Part shown: in pieces, positions 35,233 to 49,677 of the stretch
Layout of the letters: every line of letters starts with the position of its first letter
Position numbering within the stretch: position 1 is the stretch's first letter
Source of the DNA: the human T2T-CHM13v2.0 reference genome, Homo sapiens
DNA length: 64,000 nt
Assembly: GCF_009914755.1 (NCBI RefSeq)
Contig: NC_060933.1
Strand: one strand, 5' to 3'
Made by a program: the position numbers and the translations under genes
The notes under the pieces: model-generated
The model's database searches: none
The model's input: only the letters and a program-made list of their open reading frames with translations
What the model was told of the DNA's origin: nothing

Positions 35233-35271
35233 CACAGCACTGCACAGGCATGTGCTCACCTCACAAAATGG
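35233..35271 (+). promoter_or_regulatory. 23-RSS of TRBVA orphon
   Basis: CACAGCA heptamer, 23-nt spacer, ACAAAATGG nonamer. Confidence 0.82.
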
Positions 35272-36691
35272 CAGTCTCAAAGGGAGGAGTGTCCAACCAC
35301 AAGAGGCGCCACCCTATGCTGAGAAAGAACCTTTCACAGGAGGAGAGAAAAGACCTTTCCAGAATCTTTAACATAAGATTTTTTGTGTGTGTGAAGTCTG
35401 ACCTGAGCAGCAACCTTGCATCAGACTTCAAAAGGCAATATTTCCTGTACCTCCTTGTGCTGTACAAGTGAGTACAGAAGTCGAGAAAATGTTCCTAAGT
35501 CTATGGCCAGTTCAAATTGCATCATTTTCTATTTCTGAGATTAAATTATATGTATTAAGATCCTTACTCTGCCCTTTCATGTTTATTGCTCCTCGGACAA
35601 GATATCCCCTCTTCAGGTCCCAAACACATTCATTGCAATGCCTTTCCTCATCCTTGTCCCAGTCCTGGCTCTCTAGCTTCTTGAGACAATAACCCATCCT
35701 AAGGTATGTGGTGACATGCATCTTCTGCCTCACTGGGATCCCTAAGTGGTATAAGCATTCACTCAATTGCTTTAGCTAGAGTCCCCAGAATATCTTCACC
35801 CTCTGCTGTCACACTCTTCTTCCACATTGGTCCATAACCACATCTTTAACATTTCTGTTTATTAAAACCTCTCAAATTCAACCACTATTTTCTATCCCAA
35901 CCAATACTGCCTTAGCTCAGGCAACCACTGTCTTTCACCTGAATTCCTTCAACACTTTCCAAATATCCACCTACCTGATGTCTTAGTCTCTGTTCTAACT
36001 CAGTTCATTCTCTGCAGCTGAAAACACTTCCTTTCCATTGACTTTAGGGTTATGACCAGTCTTCTTTATATCTAAATGTTAGCCTGTAAGTTCTTTTTGT
36101 AAAATAAATAAATAAATAAAAATCTTCCAAACTACAAATTCTTAAAACCCTCCATGATTTGGCCCTTGCATACCTATCCAGTCTTGTGAAATTCACCTAC
36201 TCTTTACCCACTTTTTGCATACTTATGCTCTAATAATATTCATAATCCCTTAGCTCCATATGTACTTTCTTACTCACTCCTGAGCCTTTACATATGCTGT
36301 TCACAGTACTTAGAATAATCTTTCTCTCCCTATTTATCTGTACTACTAATCCTTCCCGTTTAGGCCTGAGTCTTTAACTGTGGTAAATACCCCATGGTAT
36401 CCAGAGCTTCTACAATCATAGAGTATCACACACTTCATTGCTTAACTTATTATGATAGTTTTAAAAATTATTAATACAAAATATGCTCAATGAGGCCAAG
36501 ACCATGTCCAAGGTTTAATTTTTGTATCTTCAACAGTATTACAGGCTCTGAATAAAGTAGGCGCTCTATAAATATTTATTGAACAAACCAGGGTTTTATC
36601 AGTTCTTGCCTCTCTAGCTAAGATATGATCTCAGCTATCTAAACATTTCTCTCTCAAAAGTATTGCTGCAATTATTTAGAGATTTTCACAT

Positions 36692-37435
36692 TGTGGTAGA
36701 CTGAAGAATAATCTCCCAAAATGATCAGATCTGAATCCTTGAAAATTATGAATATGTTCGCTTACATTGCTGAAAGGATTTTGCAGATGTGATTAAGTTA
36801 AGGATCTTGAAATGGGGAGGTTTTCCTTGGTTAGCTGAGTGGGCCCAATATCGTCACACACTTTCCTAAAATATCTTACCAAAACCACACCACCTCTGTG
36901 AAGCCCTCTCTCTTTTCCCAGACAGATATGGAGGTTTCTTTCTTTACGTGTTTATAACAAATTAAAGAAACTTCAACTTCTATCACTATGTTATGATATT
37001 TATGGTCATGTCTGACTCTTCCTAGACTAGAATGGTTTTTGAGGGATTGGACTATATGTTCATTTACCTTTGTAAATCCAGTATGTAGGACTTGGTACAA
37101 TATATTGGATACAGAATTATAAGCCCGATAGGAGCAGAAAACTTTGTTGCTCATCCTTGTATCCCAGAATCTAGTACTATGTCCGATGAGTGTAGTAAGA
37201 GTGAGGCAAGAGGATGCAAGTCAGAAAAAGGCTATGTGACAACAGAAGTAGAGATCAGAATGACAGACACTTTGAAGATGGAGGAAGGGCCCTGAGCCCA
37301 GTAGTGCAGATTGCACCTAGAAGCTGGAAAAGGCAAAGAAATGGATTCTCCCATAAAGCCTACAAAAGGAACACCACCTGCCAACACCTTGATTTTTAGC
37401 CCCAAAGACTTATTTCAGACTTTTATCCTGAACAG
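36692..37435 (+). mobile_element. MLT1 (MaLR) LTR, interrupted at about 36860-37195
   Basis: GATTTTGCAGATGTGATTAAGTTAAGGATCTTGAAATGGGGAG and CTAGAAGCTGGAAAAGGCAAAGAAATGGATTCTCC motifs. Confidence 0.72.
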
Positions 37436-37967
37436 GACAGAAGCAAAAAAATGGAATTGATCAACATAAAAGCAGAAGTTAATAAGGTAGAAAATTTTGT
37501 AATGATAGAACTAAGAAATAAGCAAATGAGATCATTGTTTGCCAGCCAAAAGACAGAGAGGACAAATATACTAAAACAGAAGTGACAAGGGGAAGTATGA
37601 TAAAGTCTATTTTTAAAAACAATATTTTGTATAATTCTCTGCAAACAACCTAAAAGCCTAAATGAAATGGCTCACATTATAAATTTAACAAAACTGACCC
37701 TAATGTGGATAAAAAGCCTAAACAAAACAATGACTACAAAAGAAATAAATAAATTTGTAATAGAATTTCCTCACAGAAAAGCGCCAGTCCCATATAGTTT
37801 CTTACAGGGATTTTTCCACACCTTTTAAAATCAGGGACTTTGAGAATACCTAAAACATTGCAAAGTATAGAAGAGTAGGGGAAATTTCTAAATTATTTTC
37901 ATGACATGACCTTAATATTTATAACAAAACTCAACAAAACTGCACCTTAAAAAAAAATCTATAGACC

Positions 37968-38260
<293 letters not shown>

Positions 38261-39863
38261 AAATCTATAGACTTACATCACTGATTAGTATTGATTAAAA
38301 AAAAGTATTCGATAATAGTGAATCAAATAATGACATTAGAAAATAACCTACAAATTGGCGTTTGCTCCAGGATGGTAAGGGTAGTTCAACATTAGTAAAC
38401 TTACTCATCAAATCCATTATATTAGTCAATGGGGTTGGCCTGAGCACTGGGAAAGGGGTGGGTAGAAAATACTGTCTCAGAAAGGCATTGAGAGAGAACA
38501 CATACTAATCCTATCTGGAAATTTACGCTCCTCTTCAGCCATTCCCGTCTCTTAAGGATACTCTCCAGCTTTACTGAACTCTTTGCAAACTCCAAAAATA
38601 TCATATTCTCTTAGATGTTGCATAGGCTGGTCCCCCAGCCTAGTCTACCAGGAAATTATTCATTTTCCTACAAATCTTACTTAAACCCACACTACCTCTG
38701 TGAAGTCCTTTCTTCCCAGGGAGATATGGAGGTTTATTTTCCTATGTGTTTACAACAATTTAAAGTCTGTTACTGTATTATGGCTTTTTGGTCGTGTCTG
38801 ACTCCTTCTAGGCAAGTATGGTCTTTGAAAGATGGGACCGTAAATCTTTTTACCTTTGTAACTGCAGTAGTAGGACTAGGAATGATATATAGAATACAGA
38901 ATTATAAGTCCCCATGGGAGAACAGACCTTCTTTTTGTTGTTCATGCTTGTATCCCAGAGTCTAGTACTATGGTGCACATAGATGTATATTTACTCAATA
39001 ATATGAAAGACCCAAATATGCCTTTATGGAATTGACCCTGCAGTTACACCTCACCATCTCCTACTTACCCCAGAATTATTTATTAACTATCTCATGTCTT
39101 AGGTCTCAACCCCCTTCCCTAGTTAAGAGGGGGCCCTGTTGCTAAGCAGGTTAAAATAGGAGGCTGATGAAGAAAATCTCTGTGGAAAATACTGAAGAGG
39201 AACACAGGAATAAAAATACCTCTACTCTGATGATGCCTTATATAAAGGCAGATGCAGTTGGCTTAAACTTCTACATTGGCTCATTTCTATGAATGCCACA
39301 CCTCTCAACTTCAGGGACTTCCAGTGAGGTGCTTCACAACAATCTCTGGAGTCAGTGCAGAGCTACTCCCTTGGCGAATCTCTTCACTGACACTCAATGG
39401 GCCATCAGGGTGGGACTTCGCCTCTGCTAAGCCACAGGAATACACTAAATCCTGCTCCTGAGAGGAAGGGAAAGACAAAGGATCATAGGAAGTAAACCCC
39501 TTGAGGAAATTTCAATTTGGAATTTATTCTATTTATAACAAGGCTCGAGTAGCATATTTATTTTCCCCATCTCAGACCCTAACCTCAAGTGAACTTACTC
39601 CCAGATTCACACACATAAACATATGCACCAGCACCATCTCAGCAAGGAGGCAGCTGCAACAAAAAGCAGCAGGTGGGAGAATATTATGTTACATATTAAA
39701 CTACAGGATTACTCCAAGAATTACATTCCCTAAAATTATTCCCTCCATTGGAAGCAGACTGTAGCCAATAGGAAGAGAAATTGCTAAAACAAAAATGCGT
39801 TCGGTTGGATGAAATATTTACCTAAAACGGAAATATATTTAAGAAGACATAATTCTTCAGAAT

Positions 39864-40549
39864 TGTAAGGTAAAAATAAAATCCTATACCCACCAACTGA
39901 CTGAAAGGACCATTTCTGGGACAAGGGCACCCCAGAGTAACCTTGAACATTGAGTTCTTGGCTAGGACAGGATGGAGGGGTCAGACACACCTTATTATAC
40001 CTCTCCCTTGGAGCTGTGATGACGTTTTCTTCCCTAAAGGCTAAACACAAACCAGCCCTTTCAAAAGACTCCATCCCTAAAAGCAACAGAAAGTCTGATG
40101 CTGCCCCTCCTTTTTGCCTGGTAAGAGGCCACCAACCAAACGGTGTTTCTGGCCAGTCTAGGGAGGACATGTAGTGAGGCTTTTGGTGTCCTTTGCTTCA
40201 CCTTTTGATGTCAGAGAGCTGAAAACTCCACCCCCAGATCATGCTAACATGGCCATTTTTTTTTACAGGGGTCCCATGAAGGAGCAGGAAACTCAATTGT
40301 GGAAGCACACGTTTTTCCCTTTATTAATGTTCATGACTCCTCCTATACCTTATTGTATATCTATATTTGGCCATTCCACTCAGCATGTATTTCTTTTCCC
40401 TTTGCCCCTCCCTAGACATGTCTGTTTCTGGCTTCTTGCCAGAGCTGTGCTTCCCAGCCTGTCAGAATGGCCACACTGCAGGCTGCAACCCTTTATGAGA
40501 AATAAAGCTCTCCCTTCCAAATTTGAACTTCCTCATTCTTCAGTTGACA
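39864..40549 (+). mobile_element. Solo ERV1 LTR (MER4 group, MER50-like)
   Basis: TGTAAGGTAAAAATAAAATCCTA...AATAAA...CTTCAGTTGACA. Confidence 0.7.
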
Positions 40550-42378
40550 ATATCATCATTCTTCTAAGAAGATATCAGTGAAATTTCAAGGATGATTCAG
40601 CACGATAATGAAATGTTTGTAATCATTCAAGATATACTAAATGCTGAAGGAAGTCAGTTTAGAAATAAGAAGTAGGACAACCAAAGGATAGAACTTAGAA
40701 GAGGACAAATAAAGGATTTTACAGAAGCCACTCATGAAAAGAGATCCACCAATTCTGAGATAAAAGAACTGGGTTTGAGTAAGCCACTTGTTGTAAGAGT
40801 GCTCATCAAGGTTTTCAGAAAAAAATAAACAGAGCTAGTCAATGACACCTGGTAATAAAAGATATTTTGAATTTCAGGCCATAGAGGGTAGCATGCTAAG
40901 TGCATTTTCAGTTTTGGGAATTAGAGTAAAATGAAAATAATTTCTGAAGAAGCCTCCAGCCAAACTCTAAAAAGAAAAAGTAAAAAATGCAAGGTATAGA
41001 ATATTTGAAAAATTTATTATTAATAGTTGAAAGTACATATTTTAGAACTGGACTGATCCAGTCACCATCTAGTTTTGCCATGTTACTTAACCTCTCTAAA
41101 GGTAGTTTCCTAGCCTATAAAATGGAAATAGTCACACATGGCTGTGAGTTTTATTTAATTGAGAAAATGTATGTAAACTGCCTGACACAATCCCTAGCAC
41201 AAGAATAAGACTCAATCATAACTAATGGTGGTAGCAGTAAGAGTGCTACTACTAGCTGACCATTCTGGAAGTTGAGCCTGAGTGAGTGATTACTATACAC
41301 TGTGCAGTTGTAACTTCTTAACACATTAATTCATTTAATCTTCACAGCAAATCCATGAGGTTCATACTTTTATTAGTACAATTTACAGAGAGTAAAACTG
41401 AAGCATTCACAGTTAACTTACTTGCCTAAAATGAGCTTAAGTAGCAGAACCCATATTTAAGCCCAGGCACTATCTCTCCAGAGCCTTCTTTGTTAGCCAC
41501 TAACCTTGTGGTAGTGCTATCAAGTAAATGGGCTTGCTGTCTGATATGCTCAGAAGCCAATAACCATGGCACCAGCTTTTGAGGAAAGAAAGGTTTTACT
41601 GCAAAACTGGTCAGCAAGGAGACATGAGCTGGCTCAAATCTGTCTTCCTGATTTGGGGTCTTGGACAAGTTTTAAGGGACTGAGAGAAAGGATTTAGTAA
41701 TACTGGGTTGATAGAGTCTGACTGGAGGGCTTCAGATTTAACCATTTATGGTAAAGTAGGTTGAGGTAGATTTGAGCCCAGATCTTCCCAGCCAATGAAC
41801 CCACTGCTTCTCAAAGAGTTTTGGCATTCAGATTGCAGGCATCTTCCTGTCTTCTTGGTTCCGAAGGGAGGAATCATTCATTCCAGGTGTTGTTCGAGAT
41901 CAAAGCTTTTGGCTCTGTTGTACCTACAAGCAAACTCAACATTTTGTTATCCACATAATAGACCCAGTTTGGGCTGATCCTACAGTTACAAATTCTTCCC
42001 TTTTTGTTTAGTTTAGTTTAGTTCTCAATCTTGAAGGAATTGAGTGTCTACCACTCTAGCTACTTTTTGTTGACAAGGGACATAGGTCTGGGTTTGAGGA
42101 ATGAAATTGTTTCATAATTAATTGCAAATGTTCATGGGTCCTGGGTTGAAGTCAAACAGGTGGGTCAGGGAATTATTTTGATATTTAATAATTATTTCAT
42201 GAGCAGGGGGAATTGATTTAAAAAGACAAGATAGACAACAGGTAGAGAACTTGAGAGAAGGAAGAGAAATCTCAACACATACAGAAATATAATTTTTAGT
42301 TTAAGTAGACCCTCAAAAATAGATCTTATTCCTGATGAAAACATGTTTACATATTATATCCAGGTTTGTTAGAGAACA

Positions 42379-42756
42379 CTAGATGGAGTCAAGTGGCTTT
42401 TGGTCTATTATTATTTGGGTCTGTCTCAACATTTTTAGAAGTATTAATGTAAATACAGCATGATGTATTAAAGCATAAACACCTCTTTGTTTAGCTAGTA
42501 TATAATCTAGGGTAATTTTATTATCTAGTATTACTTTAGCCAAAGCACCTGGCTCTCTCTGTTGAGCCACCATGGCCATTGTGGTCTCCTTGGCAAGCTT
42601 TTTCAGGGCAATGGAAAGGTTTTTAATCATATGTTTATGAGAAGCAACTACCCACCATGGCAACAGAGTTTGTCTAAAGAAATATCCTATACCATCTGGT
42701 GGGCCACCTGGTAAATATTTACCTGGGAGGAGGTTTAGCATAGATCTTTTGGCCAT
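42379..42756 (-). pseudogene. ERV env TM remnant
   Basis: AKR|S cleavage-like site, heptad repeat and immunosuppressive-domain-like LDNKITLDYILAKQRGV. Confidence 0.85.
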
Positions 42757-43522
42757 TATGAACAGTTTTATGGTGTTAGTCTAATGCCTAGCATCACTAA
42801 TGTCATAGACAGAGAAAGGAGTGACTAAGTACCCTAGTAAACAGATGTCTTTTGGGCATCAGCTGTCAAGGCATTCATAGTCCCAGGGCTGGTCGTTTGT
42901 TTCATAGACAAAGACATATCCTGAGGAGGCGCATAGAATACCAGATATATTAACATTTAAGTTCTCAGTTTGAGGAATTTTACTTAGGACTTGGTGAAAG
43001 TAGGAGCCAGAGTATAGAAGAGTCTAGAAGAAGTTTTCTAACTTACAAATTGGTAGGGAAGAGGGCAGTCCCTGAAGGTATACTAGGTTCTTTTTATTTA
43101 AATCTTGACATAATCATGTAGATCTACAGTTTGAGGACACATCAGTGTATCTCTCCTGGACCAGAGGATAGAAAACAGGAAGTGGATAGTAGGTGTGTCA
43201 AGTAAACAGATGACTTCTGTTTCTGAGTTAGCCAATGTCTGGCTTCTGTGGGCATAGGCCCCTTTATCCTAACATAAGTGTCTTTGAAGGGGATGTTAAT
43301 GAAAAACAGGGAACTAATGATCCTCCACCAGCAAATCTGACTTATACTGTGGGTTTTTGATCATAAGTCACCAGAAAATTAGGCACTTTAGAGAAGCTGG
43401 TCACAGAGATAAGCAGCAGATCAGTGTGATCAAGTGCAGAGGAGGGTTTTTGATGACATCTCTAACATTTAGATAGATTTTGTGAGGTAGGTAGGGATTG
43501 GGACATTTTTATCAAGAAATTA

Positions 43523-43795
<273 letters not shown>

Positions 43796-44951
43796 TTATC
43801 CTTTTATGTTGAGGTTAAGGCAAGCAAAAGGATATAAAAGGATATAATAGAGGAAAACTGTGGGCATTTTAAACAGAGGAAATCATTTTGTTTCACTGAG
43901 AGGAGATATTTGGCTGATAGAAAGAAAAGGATCAGAAAAAAATAAACTCTACCCAAGGAAGGGCTATAAGGTCCTAAATATATTTTTGAGGTTAAATCAA
44001 GGAGGTAGAGGTGATTAATTCAATAGCGCAGAATAATATATATGACAACAAGGTAAAAATTAAGTTGCATTAATACAGGCCTCACCCAATATCTTGGGCA
44101 AGCTGTCTCCTTTAGTTGTCTCCTGTTTCTGCCCTCGTAGTTCTATCAGATGGAGGCTGGTTTTAGACACAGAAATGATTTTCACTTATCTGGAGAGTCA
44201 GGAGCCCTTTTGGTCTTATTGAGTTTTTTAAAAAGTAACTTAAGATCATTTAGGGGTTTCCAAGTGTGTTCCTGGGTGGAAAAACTGGTTGTGGGCCTCC
44301 ACAGCCATCTAGTATATGGTCAGTCTGGTCCTTTGGTTTTTCTTACCTGTGAAGGGCATGACCTGTTTGGGAATTTTACAGGGACCAAGAGGAATCTTTT
44401 GAAAATGGGAATAACTCTTACCCATGAATGATGAATTTAGGGCCTCAACCCTTTTAACTTTATTGCTGAATGGATCACTAAAGGAACTTCATAGGGCCTA
44501 ATCTATTTGAACTGTAGTTGGTCTTCAGGGTGGTGATTTTTCTAGGTCGTAAGTTGTACTCAGTTTCCTAGACTTAGACAATGTAAAGGGAACATCTATA
44601 GGAAACATTAAAACAGCTAGAAGTGTAATTATGTATAGCAGACAAAGTTATACCCAGAGACTGTACACATTTTATAGCATCTAATGCATTTACCCATCAT
44701 GATGATTTTCAATGTTAAAATAATATTTAGTCATAAGAAGGGTTGTCCCACATAGAATTCTGTAGGGGCTAAACTGGTGCTTGCTTTTAGGGGCCATTCT
44801 TACTCTAAGCAGGGCAAGTGGCAAGACCTTATCCTATGTTAAATTGGGTTTTTGACACATTTTGGCAAGTACATTTTATAAGATATTGTTTATCTTTTCA
44901 GTCTTTCTAGTAGACTGGAGCCTCTAAGAGATGCTTAATTTCCACTGTATC

Positions 44952-45161
44952 CTAAGAGCTCCATAAACTTCTTAGGTAAGTCTGGTATTTGTTGTCACTT
45001 TGAATTGAAATAGACAATCCGAAGTAAGGAATTATGTCTTTTAATAAAGCTTGAGTTACCTCAGATGCATTTTTTGTTTGACATGGAAAGAACTTGACCC
45101 GTCTAGTGAAGGTGTCTACAAGTACCGACAGGTATCTATAGTTTCCTCCAGCTCCTGGCAT
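44952..45161 (-). pseudogene. ERV integrase remnant
   Basis: YRYLSVLVDTFT...IIPYFGL..SIQSDN, a gammaretroviral DDE core. Confidence 0.88.
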
Positions 45162-48089
45162 AACTGCAAAGTCTATTTGACAATCTTGTCTTGTTTCTCT
45201 TCCTCAGGTTTAGACCCCTTTGCCTGCTGGAGGTGGTCCTGTCTTTGGATTCTCTGTAGCACAAATAAGACAATTTTGGATAGTCTTTTGTACGTGCAGC
45301 CTGACAATAAACTTCAGTAACTAATGATAGGTTGTGTTTCTTCTATAATGAGTTCTTTGATATAACTGGGAAATAATCCTTTATCAAATGCTCAGGGACA
45401 AGAACTATTCCTTGTTCACTGTAAATCTAGACTTCTTTAGTTATTTTATAGTGTTCCCTCTCCAAGTCTTGAGTATGAGTATGAAATCCCTACTGGTTTG
45501 CTCTTTCTAGATTTACCTTTGAGTACTGGGTTTAAATAAGGACAGATTCATACTTGGAATAAGTACCAGAGCCTTTGTTTTAGGCTGTTTTATCCTAACT
45601 GTATGTTTTTCTACCTGATCAGCTAGATTATTGCATTTAGTTATCTAGCTATCAGTCTTTTGGTGTCCTGGGCACTGCATTATGGCCATTTTTTGACAGG
45701 AAAATTGAGTCTAATAAGTCTAATATCTCTCTTGTATGTTTAATTTTATTCTTTAAGAGATTAGTGAATCTCTGTCTTTTATATGGCTCCATTTACATGC
45801 ACTACCAAAAAGACATATTTGGATTCTATATAAATGGTTACCTTTTTATTTGTCCTGAGGTGTGAAGCTCGTGTGAGGGCAATAAGTTCTGCCTTTTGGG
45901 CAGAGATACCTGGTGGGAAAGCCTCAGGTTTTAAGATTTTCTGGTAAGTCACTAGGTGTTTATCTGGCTTTTCAGAGACCCTGATCCATGAAGCTGTTCA
46001 CATTGGTAAACATTCCCAGGTCTGGGTATTTCAAAAACTGATTTGTCAAGTCAAGCCTGTTTTTTTAGAGCCTCTTTTAGGATTTCAGGTGGTATCTTTC
46101 TTCTCATTGTAATAAGGCAACTTGGAGGGTGCAGGCTTGTTTAGGAGACACTCTAATATTGATTCATTCTGGTGAAAAATTACTTGTGCATTTAATTTTG
46201 TTAGCAAGTCTTATCCCAACAAAGGTATTGGACATTCAGGCATATATAGGAAGCTATGTTTAAATAGGTTTTTCCTCTATGGCATTTGAGTGGTTGAAGG
46301 AAAGGCTTGCAAGGATGTTTCCCCAGATACACCAGTAATAGCAGTGGTCTTTGGGAAGATGGGGACTTGTCTTATGTTTGGGATAGAGTGTGTAGCTCCA
46401 TGGTCAACTAGAAAATCTATACATCACTTTTCCACACCAACTGTCATCTGCACTTCTTTGTGGGAAATGTTGACAGAGCTAATAGAGTGTATAGAAGTCC
46501 CTGGGTCTCATCATTACTGGTTGCTATCAGTAAGCTGTGGCATGTGGTGTGTTGATCTGTGGGAAGTTTTATCTTAAAAGACTATAGACAAGTATGTTAT
46601 TAAAGTTTCCCATTTTGTATAGAGTTTTATCTGAAATAACTGGAACAAGCTCCTGTACAAACGAGGTGTTCTCGGTCTGTGGTGTGGTGATTATGGGGAT
46701 TCCTCTTCAGAGAATCACCAATGGGCTAGATATTCCCTCTTACATGTCTCAGAGGGTCCTAAACACCAGATGGTATTGGGCCGCTCGAGATGTTGGGGTT
46801 ACCAAGATCCCTTATGTGCTCCTCCTGGATGAGCTGTTGAAGTTCTTTCTGACCCAGGAATGGGGGATTGGTTTATCACTTTACATCGTAAGCCAATGGC
46901 CTCAACACCTCTGCCAGGCTCTTAGTCACCTAGGAACACCCTAAAGGGCAGGAGGAAGCAATGTATTTCATCTTTGGAATCCAAGGACTTTCATTTAAAT
47001 AAACTTCTAATGAGGTTCTTGTCACAACCATCAAAAATTTTAACCTCTGTTAGGATGAATAATTATGCAAACCAAAAACTCAGAAACACAAAGGAAAACC
47101 AAAACCAAGCCAAATTGAGTACTCTAACAGTTACAGCACCTTACTATTGCACTTATTCTTTCAGACCCTAACCCAAAGCCAGGACTGAAATAATCTAACC
47201 AGGACCTCCCTAGGGTAGGATTCAAACCCATGAAGCTACACAAAAATAGGACTCTAATCTACACTCCTAGACCAAAGATAATTTAAGGTGTAAGCACATA
47301 TTACCAAGGTACTGACTCCAAAAGACATCTTATCCAGAAGCAATTTCTTTCCTCAAAAGAGAAAGTAGCACTCAAAGGGCCTGAAATGTCATGACAGAGA
47401 ATAAGGACCTCACAGCTAAGCCTCTGGATAAACTGGTCTAGGTAGCACCACTCAGGGTCAGTGAAGAAACTTTAGTTCCCACTGAGGGGCTACAGTGCCT
47501 TGGCAGGCATTGGCCTCACATTGGGCACCTATATTTGTTATCAAGCAAATGGGTTTGCACACAGAAGCCAATAACTATGGCACCAGCTTTTGAGAAAAGA
47601 AAAGGCTTTGTTGAAAAACCAGTCAGCAAAAAGAAAGGAGTGAGCTCAAATCTGTTTCCCTGATTTGGGGTCTAGGGCAGGTTTTAAGGGATCAGAGAGC
47701 AAGGGAAAGGATTTAGGAATGTTGATTTGGTAGGGTCTGATTGGAGGGCTTCAAATATGACTATCTATGGTAAGATATGTTGAGGCACATTTTAGCCCAG
47801 GAGCTTCTGGGCCAATGGACCCCTCACTACTGAAAGAGGTCCGGCTTTCAGGTTCCAGTCATGTCTTGGTCTTCTTGTTTCTAAGGGGAGGAATCTTTGG
47901 TTCTGGGTATTGTTAGAAGTCAAAGCTTTTACTGTTGCACATGCCTTGGCTACATGATTTGCAGTTATGTAGCTGTTGGCAGTGTGAGAGACAAGCGTTG
48001 TTTCTCTGGCCAGGAAGTGAATGAAAAGTGCTGGTATCAGAGACTAAATTAATCACAGCACCAAGCAACATCCTGCTTTTGGTGCTGCC

Positions 48090-48571
48090 ATGAGCAACAG
48101 GCTTCTCTGCTGTGTGATCATTTGTCTCCTAAGAGCAGGTGAGTCCTGGGCACATGTGAGGAATCCCTATTACTGAATTCACAGGATCTAACTATAAAAT
48201 GTTTCTTCATAAAAGTCACATTAGTCTCCTCTTTCCCAGGCCCTGTCTTTATTTGATCACCCATTTTTCCCAACAGGCCTCAAGGATGCTGTAGTTACAC
48301 AATTCCCAAGACACAGAATCATTGGGACAGGAAAGGAATTCATTCTACTGTGTCCCCAGAATATGAATCATGTTGCAATGTACTGGTATCGACAGAACCC
48401 AGGACTTGGACTGAAGCTAGTCTATTATTCACCTGGCACTGGGAGCATTGAAAAAGGAGATGTCTCTGAGAGGTATCATGTTTCTTGAAATACTATAGCA
48501 TCTTTTCTCCTGACCCTGAAGTCTGCTAGCACCAACCAGACATGTGTGTATCTCTGCGCCAGCAGTTCATC
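48090..48571 (+). pseudogene. TRBV26OR9-2: T-cell receptor beta variable 26 orphon pseudogene
   Basis: Leader 48090-48138 (MSNRLLCCVIICLLRA), intron 48139-48276, V exon LKDAVVTQFPRHRIIGTGKEFILLCPQNMNHVAMYWYRQNPG...YHVS*NTIAS...VYLCASSS. Single in-frame TGA at 48486-48488. Confidence 0.93.
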
Positions 48572-48610
48572 CACAGCACTGCATAGCTGCCACATCCTCT
48601 CCACATAAAA
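48572..48610 (+). promoter_or_regulatory. 23-RSS of TRBV26 orphon
   Basis: CACAGCA heptamer, 23-nt spacer, CACATAAAA nonamer. Confidence 0.82.
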
Positions 48611-48683
48611 AAAGGTGCATACCAAAGAGGAAAAGCCTGCCCTCAAAATTCCTCACCGCAAATAAGAGAAGTTACCTCACAGG

Positions 48684-49523
48684 TATTGACAAAAAGAGCC
48701 AAACTCTGTAAAATATTTGAAGAGATTTATTCTGAGCCAAACATGAGTGAGCATGGCCAGAGGCAGAGGCTCAAGGGCCTAAGAACGTGTGTCCAAGGTG
48801 GTCAGCCTACAGCTTGGTTTTATACCTTTTTGGAGACATCAAACATCAATCAATACATGTAAGCTGTACATTGTTTCAATTTGGAAAGGTGGGACAACTC
48901 AAAGAGGGGGCTTCCGGGTCATAGGTGGATTCAAAGATTTTTCAGACTGGCAGTTGGTTGAAAGAGTTAAGTTATCGTCTAAAGATTTGAAATCAATATA
49001 AAGAAGTATCTGGGTTGTGGGGACCAAGGTTCTTATTATGCAGATGAAGCCTCCAGGGAGCAGGCTTCAGAGAGAATAGATTGTATTTCTTAATCAAACT
49101 TTTAAAAGGTGCCAGACTCATAATTCTCTTCTGGATCAGGGGAAAAACCTGAAAAGGAAAGAGAATTATCTACAGAATGTAGATTTCCCTCATGATAGAC
49201 AGCTTTGTAGGGCCGTTTAAAAATATGTCGGAAAATACATTTTGGGGTAAAATATTGATTTTTTTCAGGGCCTGCTAGGAGTCATGTTGGTGTCTTATTG
49301 CTACAAAGGGTCTGTTTTGTCACTCATAAGGTTTCCATTGTAATGTTAATGCTGGTTGGTTGTGCCTGAATTCTAAAGTGAAGAGGGTATAATGAGGCAT
49401 GTCTGACCCCACTTCCCACTAAGAACTGAACTGGTTTTTCATGTTAACTTTGGAATGCTCTTGGCCAAGAGAAGGGGTCCACACAGTTGGTTGTGGGGCT
49501 TAGGATTTTATTTTTGGTTCACA
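48684..49523 (-). mobile_element. Solo MER4-family LTR
   Basis: Reverse strand reads TGTGAACCAAAAATAAAATCCTAAGCCCC...GAGTTTGGCTCTTTTTGTCAATA. Confidence 0.8.
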
Positions 49524-49677
49524 CAAAAGTATACCAATGTCCTCCCCTAGGTTTGATATGCCCTGCTTCCCTCTTTCCATTTTTGTCCTTCTAGGACACC
49601 TTTTTGGTTGTTATTAAACCCTTCATTTCTTGTCAATATCCCACTAGACTATAGGGCATCAACACAATATGAACACT

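Noticed and set aside
42379-42756. Captured syncytin/HEMO-like env gene
   Set aside because: Short, frameshifted before the CX6CC motif and TM anchor, and the SU region is interrupted by an Alu.
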